A stretch of DNA of 64,000 bases from Methanotrichaceae archaeon. GTDB taxonomy: Archaea; Halobacteriota; Methanosarcinia; Methanotrichales; Methanotrichaceae. The position numbers and the translations under genes are program-made. Below are positions 38,361 to 48,433 of the stretch, one piece after another. Within the stretch, counting starts at the first letter, position 1. Each line of letters starts with the position of its first letter. The notes beneath the pieces were generated by a model that saw only the letters and a program-made list of their open reading frames with translations, ran no database searches and had not been told where the DNA came from. The stretch covers positions 32,001 to 96,000 of the forward strand of contig CAVVKN010000018.1 in the NCBI GenBank assembly GCA_963748825.1, read 5' to 3'.

Positions 38361-40572
38361 AGACCTTGCCTCGTGGCTCTCCCCGGAGGCCGTCAAGCTT
38401 TACGAGGACCGTGGCTATAAAGAGCTCTATCCGCCTCAGGCTGAGGCTCTGGAAAGGGGCCTTCTCGATGGCAAGAGCATGCTACTGGCCATGCCCACCG
38501 CTTCCGGCAAAACCCTGCTGGCAGAGCTGGCCATGCTCAAAGCCGCCCTGCAAGACCGCCGCTCGCTTTACATCGTTCCTCTGCGTGCTCTGGCCACTGA
38601 GAAGTACGATTCTTTTAAAAAATTCAGGGCGCTGGGCGTAACCGTTGGCATCAGTACCGGCGACTTTGACAAGAGAGACGAGCGCCTGGGCAAAAATCAG
38701 ATAATAATCGCCACCTCCGAGAAGGCCGACTCTCTCATGAGAAACGGGGCTTCCTGGGTGAGAGATCTGGCCGTCCTGGTGGTAGACGAAATTCACTTGC
38801 TCAATGACGTGGGTCGCGGCCCCACTCTGGAGATGACCATCACTAAGTTGCGCCACTGCAATCCCAATTTGCAGGTCATTGGCCTATCCGCCACGGTGGC
38901 CAACGCCCAAGAACTCGCCGCCTGGCTGATGGCAGAGCTGGTAAGCAGCGACTGGCGGCCCATCCGCTTGCGAGAGGGCATCATCTGCAATGGAAAATTG
39001 GTCTTCTCCGATGGCGAGGCCACGCTTGATGCCAAGAAGGATGAAGCCCTGGCCTTAGTGAAGGATACCCTCTCCCAGTCGGCCCAGATCCTTATCTTCG
39101 AGAACTCCAGGAAGAACGCCGAGGCTGCCGCATCACGGCTCTGTGGCCTGATACCTGCTGATGCGGCAATGCAGGATCTCTCTCAGAGTATTCTGGCCAC
39201 AGGAGAGAGCGAAACAGCACAGCGCCTGGCCGCCTGCGTTTCACGCGGCATAGCTTTTCACCACGCCGGTCTTTTGTCAGAGCAGCGGCGATTGGTAGAG
39301 CAGGGCTTCCGGGACAACAAGATTAAGGTCATAGCCAGCACTCCCACCCTGGCCGCGGGCCTGAACCTGCCGGCCCGTAGAGTGCTCATCAAGAGCTACA
39401 AGAGATATGAGTACGGCCGGGGAATGACGCCCATTCCCGTCATCGAGTACCGCCAGATGGCCGGGCGCGCCGGAAGGCCGGGCCTTGATCCTTATGGCGA
39501 ATCCTTTCTGATGGCCAAGAATAGCTCCGAGATGCAGGATCTGATGGAGCACTACATCCACGGCACCCCGGAAGAGATATGGTCGAAGCTGGCCAGCGAG
39601 AGCGCTCTTAGAACCCATCTTCTCTCCACATTTGCCGCCGGTTTCGCCAGAAATGAGCCGGAGCTAAAAGCCTTCATAGCCACCACATTTTATGCCCAGC
39701 AGCAGGATCCCTGGAATCTGGACGTCACACTGGAGAAGGTCATCGACTTTTTGATGGATAACGGCATGATCCAGGGCAGCGATGAAGGCGATCTCCTGCC
39801 AACCAGGCTTGGCTCTCTGGTCTCCAAACTCTACATCGATCCTCTGAGCGCCGTTATCATGCTGGAAAACCTGGGGAAAAAGAGGGCAAATGAGAGGCTG
39901 GCCAGCGAGAGGCTAACAAACGAAAGGCTGGCTAGAGGAAAAACAGTAATAGACAAATTAGACAAATTCACAAGCGCCTATGAACTGGACCTGGCAGGAA
40001 GGAAAAGGCCCTCAGATCTCGGCCTCATTCACCTCCTCACCATGACTCCCGATATGAATTTGCTCTATATCCAGGCCGCTGACGCATGGGTGGAGGAGTT
40101 CATCGATCAGCACCAGTTGGAGCTATATGATGAGGACAATTACGACTATCTGCTCCGCGAGGCCAAGACGGCATCCATGCTCATGGACTGGATCGGCGAG
40201 GTGCATGAGGAGCAGATTGCCAGCAGATACCACATCGGGCCGGGAGACATCCGCCGCTCGACTGAGACGGCAGAGTGGCTCATGCACTCGTTAGCGGAGC
40301 TGTCCAAGCATCTTGAACTGGGCATAACCTTCAAAGCGGAGCAATTGGCAGAGCGCATTCACTACGGTGCGGGCCAGGATCTTCTTGCTTTGCTAAACCT
40401 GAAGGGAATCGGCCGCGTGCGGGCCAGGAAGCTCTATTTGTCGGGCATAACCAGCATAGAAAAACTGAAGGCAGCCGACCAGAAGGAGGTCGCCCGCCTC
40501 CTCGGTCCCAAGATTGCCGAGAAAGTCACCTCTCAGCTTAAAAAAGAGGGAAAAGAGGAGATACAGCCTTGA
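38347..40572 (+). CDS. hel308: ATP-dependent DNA helicase Hel308 (Ski2-like)
   Basis: PTASGKT, DEIH, LSAT, FHHAGL, TPTLAAGLNLPA, QMAGRAGRPGLDPYG, GIGRVRARKLY. Confidence 0.93.
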   Translation: MLEIKDLASWLSPEAVKLYEDRGYKELYPPQAEALERGLLDGKSMLLAMPTASGKTLLAELAMLKAALQDRRSLYIVPLRALATEKYDSFKKFRALGVTVGISTGDFDKRDERLGKNQIIIATSEKADSLMRNGASWVRDLAVLVVDEIHLLNDVGRGPTLEMTITKLRHCNPNLQVIGLSATVANAQELAAWLMAELVSSDWRPIRLREGIICNGKLVFSDGEATLDAKKDEALALVKDTLSQSAQILIFENSRKNAEAAASRLCGLIPADAAMQDLSQSILATGESETAQRLAACVSRGIAFHHAGLLSEQRRLVEQGFRDNKIKVIASTPTLAAGLNLPARRVLIKSYKRYEYGRGMTPIPVIEYRQMAGRAGRPGLDPYGESFLMAKNSSEMQDLMEHYIHGTPEEIWSKLASESALRTHLLSTFAAGFARNEPELKAFIATTFYAQQQDPWNLDVTLEKVIDFLMDNGMIQGSDEGDLLPTRLGSLVSKLYIDPLSAVIMLENLGKKRANERLASERLTNERLARGKTVIDKLDKFTSAYELDLAGRKRPSDLGLIHLLTMTPDMNLLYIQAADAWVEEFIDQHQLELYDEDNYDYLLREAKTASMLMDWIGEVHEEQIASRYHIGPGDIRRSTETAEWLMHSLAELSKHLELGITFKAEQLAERIHYGAGQDLLALLNLKGIGRVRARKLYLSGITSIEKLKAADQKEVARLLGPKIAEKVTSQLKKEGKEEIQP

Positions 40573-41846
40573 AGTGGCTCAAGAATATTTTTGGGGGAAA
40601 AAAGACAGGAGAAGATTCCGTCGTTCTTCAGCTTACCGAAATTAATTCCTGGTTGGAAGAGAGAGGAAAGGAATCCGATTTTGCCATGCGCTGCGAAGAG
40701 ATCTATGGCCGCATGGATGATGTGGCGCAGACTCTCTCTAAAGACATATCCGCCCTGGAATCGGCCGAAGCAGATGGTAGCACGCCGCCCAAGCTTCTGC
40801 GGGCAGGCCTGGCGGCGCGCGGTGAGGTTGTAAAGCAGCTTGAAACGCTCTCTGAGAAGCTATTGCCTCCCAAGAAGAAGGACCCTGATTCTGCATTTCA
40901 GCACCATTGGACTCTCGTCAAGGGGCTGGAGAGGACCGTGACCACCTTTGGCAGAGCGCAGAGGTATGTGGCCGCACTCTTTCCCAGGAACATCGAGAGC
41001 ATCAACTCAGACCTGACACAAATCAGCCGTCTGCTGGTCGATTTGGAGGTGGAGATAGGCAAAAAGAGAAAGGTGCAAGAGGAAAGCTGGTACTCCCGAG
41101 AGCTTGCCCAAAGGCTGCAGGAAGAGCTATCGGGCATCGATGATCTGAAAAAGAAAACCCTGCAAGATGAAACGACGCTGGCGAGGATTAAGGTCCGGTT
41201 ATCCAGCCTGGAAGAGGAAGCAAAGAGGCTAGCGGCAAGCGATGATGGGAAAAGGGCGGAAGAGCTGAAGAGAAGCTTGGAGAAAAAGAAGCAGGACCAA
41301 TCTTCGGCAGAAGATGAACTGGCCGATCTTATCGCACCTCTGACCAAGGCGCTGGCCAGAATGATGAAGCAAGGATCAAGCGATAGAATCAATCTGCTGC
41401 ATAAAAACGTATTTGAGCAGCTCTTAGAGTCACCCTCCTTTGTGCAGGACAAGGACATTTCCGGCTCTTTAGAGGAGCTTCGGACCCATCTGGCAATACT
41501 TGGATTGAAGGACAAAAAGAAGGAAAAGATTCTCGATCATATCGACCTGCTCATCAAGGAAAGATCGCTGGAAAATGCCAGGGCCAGGCAGCAGGCTCTG
41601 GAAAATGAGATCTCGGATCTAGAGTCTCAGATTAGAGAGAGCAGTGAGGAGCCCCTGCGTCTGAAAGAGGAGATGAGCCTGTCCAGAAAGAGCAAAAAGA
41701 GCCTGGAGGCGGCCTTAGATCAAGCCAAGAAAGATCTGGCTTCATTAGAGGAAAAGACCGCATCAGATGAGTTGGAGCTGGAAGAAAGGCTGGCCAGGAT
41801 TGCGGGAAGGCCGATAAAGCTTGACCTCTCCCCAGAAAGGAAATGA
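40569..41846 (+). CDS. Hypothetical coiled-coil protein
   Basis: 425-aa E/K/L-rich ORF overlapping both neighbours by 4 nt. Confidence 0.75.
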   Translation: MKWLKNIFGGKKTGEDSVVLQLTEINSWLEERGKESDFAMRCEEIYGRMDDVAQTLSKDISALESAEADGSTPPKLLRAGLAARGEVVKQLETLSEKLLPPKKKDPDSAFQHHWTLVKGLERTVTTFGRAQRYVAALFPRNIESINSDLTQISRLLVDLEVEIGKKRKVQEESWYSRELAQRLQEELSGIDDLKKKTLQDETTLARIKVRLSSLEEEAKRLAASDDGKRAEELKRSLEKKKQDQSSAEDELADLIAPLTKALARMMKQGSSDRINLLHKNVFEQLLESPSFVQDKDISGSLEELRTHLAILGLKDKKKEKILDHIDLLIKERSLENARARQQALENEISDLESQIRESSEEPLRLKEEMSLSRKSKKSLEAALDQAKKDLASLEEKTASDELELEERLARIAGRPIKLDLSPERK

Positions 41847-42760
41847 AGATCAACTTCGGGGGGATTATCCCTCTCTCCACGGTGGACTGGCTGGGACGCG
41901 CCGCTATGGTGGTATTCTTGCGGGGCTGTCCTTTGCGCTGTCCCCATTGTCACAACCAGAGGCTACAGACGGGAGAGAACTTGGTAGCTCTTCATTCTAT
42001 TGCGTCTCGCATTGTATCTGAGGTAAAAGGCTTTCCAGCGGCCCGCTGGGCCAGGGTAAGGGTCGAAGCACCCCTTTGTGCCCTTTCTTCCATTTCTCCC
42101 CTTTCTCTGCCCTCTCCGCTCTCTCCCCTTGATGCTCTTTCTCTGCAGATCAACCTTGAAGATGCATCACAACGGGCAAGCAGCAAGCCGTTCGTTAATG
42201 CTTTTGTCTTATCCGGGGGCGAGCCGCTTCAACAGATGGAAGCGAGTAGCCGGCTCTTTCGCCTGGCCAGGAGCCTGCATCTGGCCACGGGCCTGGAGAC
42301 CTCGGGCTGCTTCCCTGGCCGTCTGGAGACGTTGCTGGCAAAAGGGCTGGTGGATAAGGTATTCCTCGATCTCAAGACAGCTCTTCTGGAGCCGGATTAT
42401 GAAAAGGCTACCGGCAGAGGCGGCATGGCGGCGAGGGTACAAGAAAGCCTTGAGATCTGCTTTAAATTGGGCGTAGCACTGGACGCGCGCTGCACCATCT
42501 TTCCGGAGATGCCGTCCTGCTCCCAGTTGGTAGAGATTGCCGGTACGCTCTGCCGCTTGAAAGCGCTATATCCGGAAAATCGCCTGGAAAGCATGATCCT
42601 GCAGCAGGGATTGCCGCGGGAGGGAGAGGCCAGATTTGAGCCGGTCTCGATAGAGGCTTTGCAGGAGATGGCCAAAGCTTGCGAGATAGATTGCGGGACA
42701 GACGGTACAAAGCTGATGGTTCGGATTCGAGCCGCACCCAAGATAACCTGGAAAAACTAG
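41843..42760 (+). CDS. Radical SAM activase (NrdG / PFL-activating-enzyme-like)
   Basis: LSTVDW.G...VVFLRGCPLRCPHCHN, SGGEPL, LETSG; low-complexity insertion after the CxxxCxxC motif. Confidence 0.85.
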   Translation: MKINFGGIIPLSTVDWLGRAAMVVFLRGCPLRCPHCHNQRLQTGENLVALHSIASRIVSEVKGFPAARWARVRVEAPLCALSSISPLSLPSPLSPLDALSLQINLEDASQRASSKPFVNAFVLSGGEPLQQMEASSRLFRLARSLHLATGLETSGCFPGRLETLLAKGLVDKVFLDLKTALLEPDYEKATGRGGMAARVQESLEICFKLGVALDARCTIFPEMPSCSQLVEIAGTLCRLKALYPENRLESMILQQGLPREGEARFEPVSIEALQEMAKACEIDCGTDGTKLMVRIRAAPKITWKN

Positions 42761-42799
42761 ATAATCAAATGTGCAACATGGCAGCAATTGGTGAATAAG

Positions 42800-43450
42800 A
42801 TGAAGATCATCGGTTTTGTAGGCCTGCCGGGTTCAGGCAAAGGAGAAGCCTCCCAGATTGCCAGGCAGCATGGTTTGGCGGTGGTGGTCATGGGAGACGT
42901 CATCCGCCAGGAAGCAGCCAGGCAAGGCCTGGAGGCTACCGACCAAAATTTGGGCCGCATCGGCAATGCCTTGCGAGCGGCAGAAGGCCCTGATGCTGTG
43001 GCCAAAAAAACTCTTGAGAGGGCATTAGCCACAGGAAATGATGTAGTAGTGGTAGATGGACTTCGCTCCCGGGAGGAGGCGGACTACTTTCGCGCCCATG
43101 TCGATGAGTTTCATCTGGTCGAGGTCTGCGCTCCCGCAAGAGACAGGCTGAAATGGCTGGCTTCCCGAGGCCGTCCCGACGATCCGGGTAAGAGCCCGGC
43201 AAACGATGGCATGCAGACAGATGTGGATGCCAAGATCATTCTCTCCTGCGGCGAGCCGGACAGCCAGGCGGCTGCTGCTCTCGAGCAGAGAGAATGCCGG
43301 GAGATGGGCTGGGGCATGTGTGAAGCCATGAAGACCGCCGACATGAAGCTAAGAAATGACGGTAGCCTGGATGATTTTCGCAAGGACGTAAAGAGACTGC
43401 TGGGCCTTTTAGTGGCTAGCACTGCCTCCTGCAATGAAGAGCAGATTTAA
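42800..43450 (+). CDS. P-loop kinase, archaeal UPF0200 / dephospho-CoA kinase-like
   Basis: IIGFVGLPGSGKG, MGDVIR, VVVDGLRS..E, RGRPDD. Confidence 0.8.
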   Translation: MKIIGFVGLPGSGKGEASQIARQHGLAVVVMGDVIRQEAARQGLEATDQNLGRIGNALRAAEGPDAVAKKTLERALATGNDVVVVDGLRSREEADYFRAHVDEFHLVEVCAPARDRLKWLASRGRPDDPGKSPANDGMQTDVDAKIILSCGEPDSQAAAALEQRECREMGWGMCEAMKTADMKLRNDGSLDDFRKDVKRLLGLLVASTASCNEEQI

Positions 43451-43522
43451 CTTCTTTGCACCCATCCAGGCGCAGGCCTGATCGCTCTCGATCGCTCTCC
43501 GATGAAGTTATATACTCCTAAC

Positions 43523-43539
43523 TGACTGATGGTAAGTCA
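43523..43539. promoter_or_regulatory. Putative TetR operator 1 (TGACTGA-TGG-TAAGTCA) downstream of a TTATATA box
   Basis: Imperfect palindrome between the TATA box (43508-43514) and the tetR start; matches the site at 44259. Confidence 0.7.
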
Positions 43540-43570
43540 CTAACTTGTGCCCGATTCAAAAGGAGACATA

Positions 43571-44224
43571 ATGAGCAGGATCGTAAAAGAGCCCGAAGTG
43601 AGGCGAAAAGAACTGATAGACACGGCTGAGCGTCTGTTTATAGCCCAGGGCTACGATCAGACCTCTATAAGCGACATAGTAAAAGAGGTCAATGTATCTC
43701 AGGGTGCTTTTTACTATTACTTTGACTCAAAGGAAGATGTCCTGGTGGCGGTAATGGAGAAGCAGATAGCTTTAATGGAAAGCGATTTCATCCAGATTGC
43801 AAACAATAGCGATCTGGATGAGGCAGCCAAACTCAATTCCATGATCAACCGCTTTCTAAGCATCTCTGCATCCGGAAAAAAGATCATTGGCTATATCCAT
43901 CAGGCCAAAAATGCCACGCTACATAATAAGCTGATGAGGGTGAAGCCATTTGCCAGGATCGCTCCGGTTATGGCGGAGGTAATCGTCAAGGGTTGCAAGA
44001 ATGATAGTTTTCATGTAGAGCGCCCCCTGGAAACCTCTTATCTCCTGCTCGTGCTGATGGCATCTGCCAATCATATGTTCTATCAGAAAAATCATGATCT
44101 AGCCAATTCAAAAAATATGGATCAGGCAGATGAGGAATTTCTTGAGAATATGCGTGCAGCCATGGAGGATCTCCTGGGCAGAGTGTTTGGAGTTAGCGAT
44201 TACAGATTCATTCTGCAGATTTAG
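43571..44224 (+). CDS. TetR/AcrR family transcriptional regulator
   Basis: RRKELIDTAERLF..QGYDQTSISDI...VSQGAFYYYFDSKE; AGGAG RBS. Confidence 0.92.
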   Translation: MSRIVKEPEVRRKELIDTAERLFIAQGYDQTSISDIVKEVNVSQGAFYYYFDSKEDVLVAVMEKQIALMESDFIQIANNSDLDEAAKLNSMINRFLSISASGKKIIGYIHQAKNATLHNKLMRVKPFARIAPVMAEVIVKGCKNDSFHVERPLETSYLLLVLMASANHMFYQKNHDLANSKNMDQADEEFLENMRAAMEDLLGRVFGVSDYRFILQI

Positions 44225-44258
44225 GATGCCTGGGAAGAGACGGAAGCGCATTGATTAC

Positions 44259-44275
44259 TGACTTAGTGTAAGTCA
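44259..44275. promoter_or_regulatory. Putative TetR operator 2 (perfect TGACTTA-GTG-TAAGTCA)
   Basis: Perfect 7-bp inverted repeat 20 bp upstream of the ABC ATPase gene. Confidence 0.72.
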
Positions 44276-44295
44276 ATTGACATCGAGTTGAGAAG

Positions 44296-45345
44296 GTGAA
44301 TGATATCACAAGTGAAATTGGACCGGTGGACGGACTTCAGATTGGGCAGGCCAAGGACGAGGCTGCCATCTCCATGCAGGGTCTGACTAAAAGGTTCGGC
44401 GATATGACCGCCGTGGATCACATAGACCTGGAAATAAATAAGGGCGAGCTCTTCGGCCTCCTGGGAGCCAATGGAGCCGGCAAGAGCACCATCATCAAGA
44501 TGCTAACCACCATGCTCACGCCAACAGAAGGCGAAGCTTGGGTATGGGGTCACAACGTAACCCGGGAGAGAAATGCGGTGCGATCCTCGATCGGCGTCGT
44601 CTTTCAGGACCCGGCAGTGGATGGCATGCTGACCGGCCGGGAGAACCTGGACTTTCACGGCAGGATGTATGGAATGGACGGCCCCCTGCGCAAGAAGAGG
44701 ATCGATGAGGTTTTAGAATTGGTGGATCTGGCCGGGAAGGCCGACATCAAGATGGAAGACTACTCCGGTGGCATGCAGCGGAGGCTGGAGATTGCCAGGG
44801 GACTGATGCATTATCCACATGTGCTCTTCTTGGACGAGCCCACCCTTGGTTTAGACGCCCAGACGAGGAGATACCTCTGGCAGTACATCCATAATATGAA
44901 CAAAGAGAACGGTGTAACGATCGTCCTCACAACCCACTACATGGAAGAAGCGGACGCCCTCTGCGATCGCGTGGCCATCATCGATAACGGTAAGATCGTA
45001 GCCCTGGACACACCTGAGAATCTCAAAGATATGATTGGATCTGATTCAGTCATCTTGGAGATCCAGAGCGGCGCAGAGGCACTAATTCAGTCTCTGCAGC
45101 GCTTCTCCTGGATCAAGTCCGCATCAATCATCAATGGAACTGTTGAGCTTAAGGTGGATCATGCCCAACAGAGAATCCCAGAGATCATGCAGGAGGCAAA
45201 TGTATGCTCTGCAGTGATAACCTCGGTCGGACTGCATAAGCCCACTTTAGAGGACGCATTTCTCAAATATACGGGCAGAAAGATACGAGAGGCAGGCGCC
45301 GCAGCCAACTCCTTGGTCGCAATGATGCACCGGAGGAAAAGATGA
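44296..45345 (+). CDS. ABC exporter ATP-binding protein (DrrA-like)
   Basis: GANGAGKST, YSGGMQRRLEIARGL, LFLDEPTLGLD, LTTHYMEEA. Confidence 0.93.
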   Translation: MNDITSEIGPVDGLQIGQAKDEAAISMQGLTKRFGDMTAVDHIDLEINKGELFGLLGANGAGKSTIIKMLTTMLTPTEGEAWVWGHNVTRERNAVRSSIGVVFQDPAVDGMLTGRENLDFHGRMYGMDGPLRKKRIDEVLELVDLAGKADIKMEDYSGGMQRRLEIARGLMHYPHVLFLDEPTLGLDAQTRRYLWQYIHNMNKENGVTIVLTTHYMEEADALCDRVAIIDNGKIVALDTPENLKDMIGSDSVILEIQSGAEALIQSLQRFSWIKSASIINGTVELKVDHAQQRIPEIMQEANVCSAVITSVGLHKPTLEDAFLKYTGRKIREAGAAANSLVAMMHRRKR

Positions 45346-46112
45346 AGCAGGATCTTTATGCCATTTACAGCATCTGGCTAAGAGAGATGCTGCGCTTCTT
45401 CCGCCTGAAGAGTCGCGTCTTTGGTTCCGTTGCCATGCCCTTCTTCTTCCTGGCGTTTATGGGTGTGGGATTTAGCAGCGGCACGAGCATGCCGGGCATT
45501 CCCTCTGGTGTAGGTTACGTCAGCTTTTTGACTCCAGGGATCATAGGTATGACATTGCTCTTTTCGGCCACTTTTGCAGGCCTTTCCGTCCTCTGGGACA
45601 GGGAGTTCGGATTCTTAAAAGAGATAATGGTAGCTCCAGTAAGCAGAATTGCCATAGTCCTGGGGCGAACTGCAGGAGGCCTGACCACCGGCATTCTTCA
45701 GGCGGTGATAATACTCATCTCAGGGATATTTCTGGGAATGAAGATGCCAAGCCTTGCTGGATTCCTGCTGTCCCTGGTATTCATGGTCCTGATAGCTGCG
45801 ACATTCATCGGCCTCGGCCTGGCTTTCGCCTCAAAGATGAAAGATATGTCCGGATTCAGCCTGGTCATGAACTTCCTCATCTTTCCATTGTTCTTCCTGT
45901 CGGGGGCGCTCTTCCCTCTGGAGAGATTCCCTGTGTTGATAAGGAGCCTCGCCTACATGAACCCCCTCACCTATGGCGTGGACGGTTTGAGATACAGCCT
46001 GATAGGCACGAGCGCCATTTCCCCTCCCGTGGACCTGGCAGTTCTAACGGTCTGCTGCGCCGCCATGCTGTTCCTGGGTGCATATCTCTTTGAGAATACC
46101 GAGGTGAAGTGA
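45342..46112 (+). CDS. ABC-2 type exporter permease
   Basis: Multiple hydrophobic segments; DREFGFLKEIMVAP, FLSGALFP, NPLTYGVDGLR. Confidence 0.92.
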   Translation: MKQDLYAIYSIWLREMLRFFRLKSRVFGSVAMPFFFLAFMGVGFSSGTSMPGIPSGVGYVSFLTPGIIGMTLLFSATFAGLSVLWDREFGFLKEIMVAPVSRIAIVLGRTAGGLTTGILQAVIILISGIFLGMKMPSLAGFLLSLVFMVLIAATFIGLGLAFASKMKDMSGFSLVMNFLIFPLFFLSGALFPLERFPVLIRSLAYMNPLTYGVDGLRYSLIGTSAISPPVDLAVLTVCCAAMLFLGAYLFENTEVK

Positions 46113-46263
46113 TCTTTCCAAAGTTGCAGAGATATGAAAGAAGGACATAAACCTGGAGATTACTGCGAAAAAACCTGAACCCCAGCCGGGGCAGGGGACA
46201 GTAATCGCCAGGTTTATGCTGATGTCGTTTTTCCCGGTTTTATGTTGATTTTGCTCCTCCAGA

Positions 46264-46995
46264 TCAATTTCCATAGGATGTGGTCGGTTGATTGGAGTAG
46301 TAAGTATGTCCGGTGGGCGGGTAGGTGTAGGTTATCGGGCTGTCCCAATAGGGATACGGATATGGCATGGGATCGGGACTCGGGTTCGGATTGACCCAGT
46401 AACCACCAGGGCCAGAGACATAAATGTAGGCATAGTTGCTCCAGCCGTTGCAGTAATACTGGAGGATGTGCCAGCCCGGAGTATCGGCAAAGAACCATCT
46501 CTTGTACCAGCCCGGGTAATTTACAAATCCGGCATAATTAGTATCGAGCATGCCGCTCGGATACCACTCATAAAACCAGATATTGCCTGTTGCCGAGGTC
46601 TTCATCCATAAAGGCAGATTGGCATAAAGATTGCAGCTTGCTACAGTTCGCGGTGCATAGGAGATATAAAGACTATTAGGCGAATAGCTGCCCGTGGGAA
46701 CTATCATTTTATTGTAGACAGGATTAGTGGCTGTGGCCCTTAATGCCGCAGGGGCGGAGGCATAGGCGGCATCCTGGCTCGCGCTCATTAGAGTTTGAGT
46801 CGACTCCTGCGCGCTTGGGGCCTGTTGGGATGTGATGACGTCTGTCGGCGCTTGCAGGCCCAGAGATTCTGCGCTGCTTGGAGTGATAGGGGTGGGTGCG
46901 CCGCCCGTTGCGCTTGTAGAATATGGGTTCATCTGTCCAAATGCATTGGTGCATAGCAGCATCATTAATGCGATTATTAACACAGTCCATTTCAT
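46264..46995 (-). CDS. Secreted hypothetical protein (signal peptide, Ala/Ser/Thr linker, aromatic-rich domain)
   Basis: MKWTVLIIALMMLLCTNAFG signal-like N-terminus; GAGGTG RBS; WFFADTPGWHILQYYCNGWSN. Confidence 0.75.
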   Translation of the reverse strand: MKWTVLIIALMMLLCTNAFGQMNPYSTSATGGAPTPITPSSAESLGLQAPTDVITSQQAPSAQESTQTLMSASQDAAYASAPAALRATATNPVYNKMIVPTGSYSPNSLYISYAPRTVASCNLYANLPLWMKTSATGNIWFYEWYPSGMLDTNYAGFVNYPGWYKRWFFADTPGWHILQYYCNGWSNYAYIYVSGPGGYWVNPNPSPDPMPYPYPYWDSPITYTYPPTGHTYYSNQPTTSYGN

Positions 46996-47146
46996 CTGAG
47001 GACACCTCGACAAATTATTGATCCTTTGAATGTAAATAGGTAACCATTAAATTCGTGTTCCAGTGTTTGCCGGAAGAGAAATGCCTTGGAAACACTTTCG
47101 CCCCGCATCCATTATGCTTTTATTCGATTTTGACTGGCTATTGCTC

Positions 47147-48310
47147 GTGATCAAAGGCAAGGAAGCTTATTTAAAAAAATTGACGGCCAATATGTATATC
47201 CCCTCGCAGGATGTGGGCACAGAGCTTGATGGCAGCACTCCTCCCTCCGTCTTCGTTGGCAGCTGGAACTATCCCAAAGTTTATGCTGGCCCCATGATAG
47301 CACCAATACATGGTGACACCATTATCATGGACCGGCCCGAGTCGTGGATACCGGAAAAGAAGACCCAGGAGGAGATCATAAGATACCGGCTAAACCTGAT
47401 CAGAGGCAAAAAGCCCGTCAAAGTCACAGAGCTAAAAGATCGTTTCATTGATAAGTTGCGGGACATCTCCCTTTCCGCTTCCTCCATTGAGAGCGAAGTG
47501 CAGTTTTCCCGCGCCCCAAAGGGCATGTCCTTTAGTGATGAGCACACCCCCTTCGGTCCCAGTGCGCCTCTGGACAGGCTCGAGATCGGCAATGCCAGGT
47601 GGGATCAGAATTTAGAGAAGGTGTATTATGACGGCGATCTGCTGGCGGCGGACGCTGTTGTTGATCTGCACCAGAAAGGCCTGCCGTTCTCGAGCATTCA
47701 GAAGGCATTCTCAATGGGGACCATGGGCACCCGAAAGAGACGCCGCCTGGTTCCCACGCGCTGGTCCATCACCGCTTGCGATAGCACCCTGGCAAACCGA
47801 CTTTTGCGGAAGGTCAGGGAGCATGACATAATCGATTGCTGCCAGGTAAGGGAGTTTTCCAGTCTCAACAATTATTATGCTGTCCTTCTCCTGCCAACCG
47901 CTTGGCAATATGAGTGGATGGAGGCCTTCCTGCGCATCCTGGGAAATGAAGAGCTGATATTCTCCGACTATGAGAACAATGGGGGCAAGAAGGGCTATTC
48001 CCGTGTGGGTGGTTGCTACTATTCCTGCAAAATGGCTGTTCTGGAGGCTCTGGAAAGGGAGAAAAAACAGGCAGGTGCGATCATATTGCGGGAGGCTTAT
48101 TCGGGATATGTGCCTTTAGGCGTCTTCAACGTGAGGGAGAATGTAAGAAATGCCATGCAAGAGAAGGCTTTGCCATTCGAGAATATGAAGAGCGCATTGG
48201 GGTATATTTGCAGCAAACTGCAGCTGCCTTTAAAGAAATTCATCCTGCAAAGCGACCTTCTCAGGGAGCAGCTTAAAAGCCGGCAGACTACATTGAGCTC
48301 TTTCTCTTGA
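47147..48310 (+). CDS. nreA: Nre-family DNA repair protein with C-terminal PIP box
   Basis: [49 protein letters not shown], terminal QTTLSSF; start uncertain. Confidence 0.88.
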   Translation: MIKGKEAYLKKLTANMYIPSQDVGTELDGSTPPSVFVGSWNYPKVYAGPMIAPIHGDTIIMDRPESWIPEKKTQEEIIRYRLNLIRGKKPVKVTELKDRFIDKLRDISLSASSIESEVQFSRAPKGMSFSDEHTPFGPSAPLDRLEIGNARWDQNLEKVYYDGDLLAADAVVDLHQKGLPFSSIQKAFSMGTMGTRKRRRLVPTRWSITACDSTLANRLLRKVREHDIIDCCQVREFSSLNNYYAVLLLPTAWQYEWMEAFLRILGNEELIFSDYENNGGKKGYSRVGGCYYSCKMAVLEALEREKKQAGAIILREAYSGYVPLGVFNVRENVRNAMQEKALPFENMKSALGYICSKLQLPLKKFILQSDLLREQLKSRQTTLSSFS

Positions 48311-48433
48311 TTATTTGGAGCTGACCCTGCCAGTCCGATCACGTGATTATCGACCCTAATTTGGACAGCCATCAAGCTCTAAATGGGCTTCTAATGAGCA
48401 AAAGTTAGATATAAAAAGGACTCAATCGACCTG

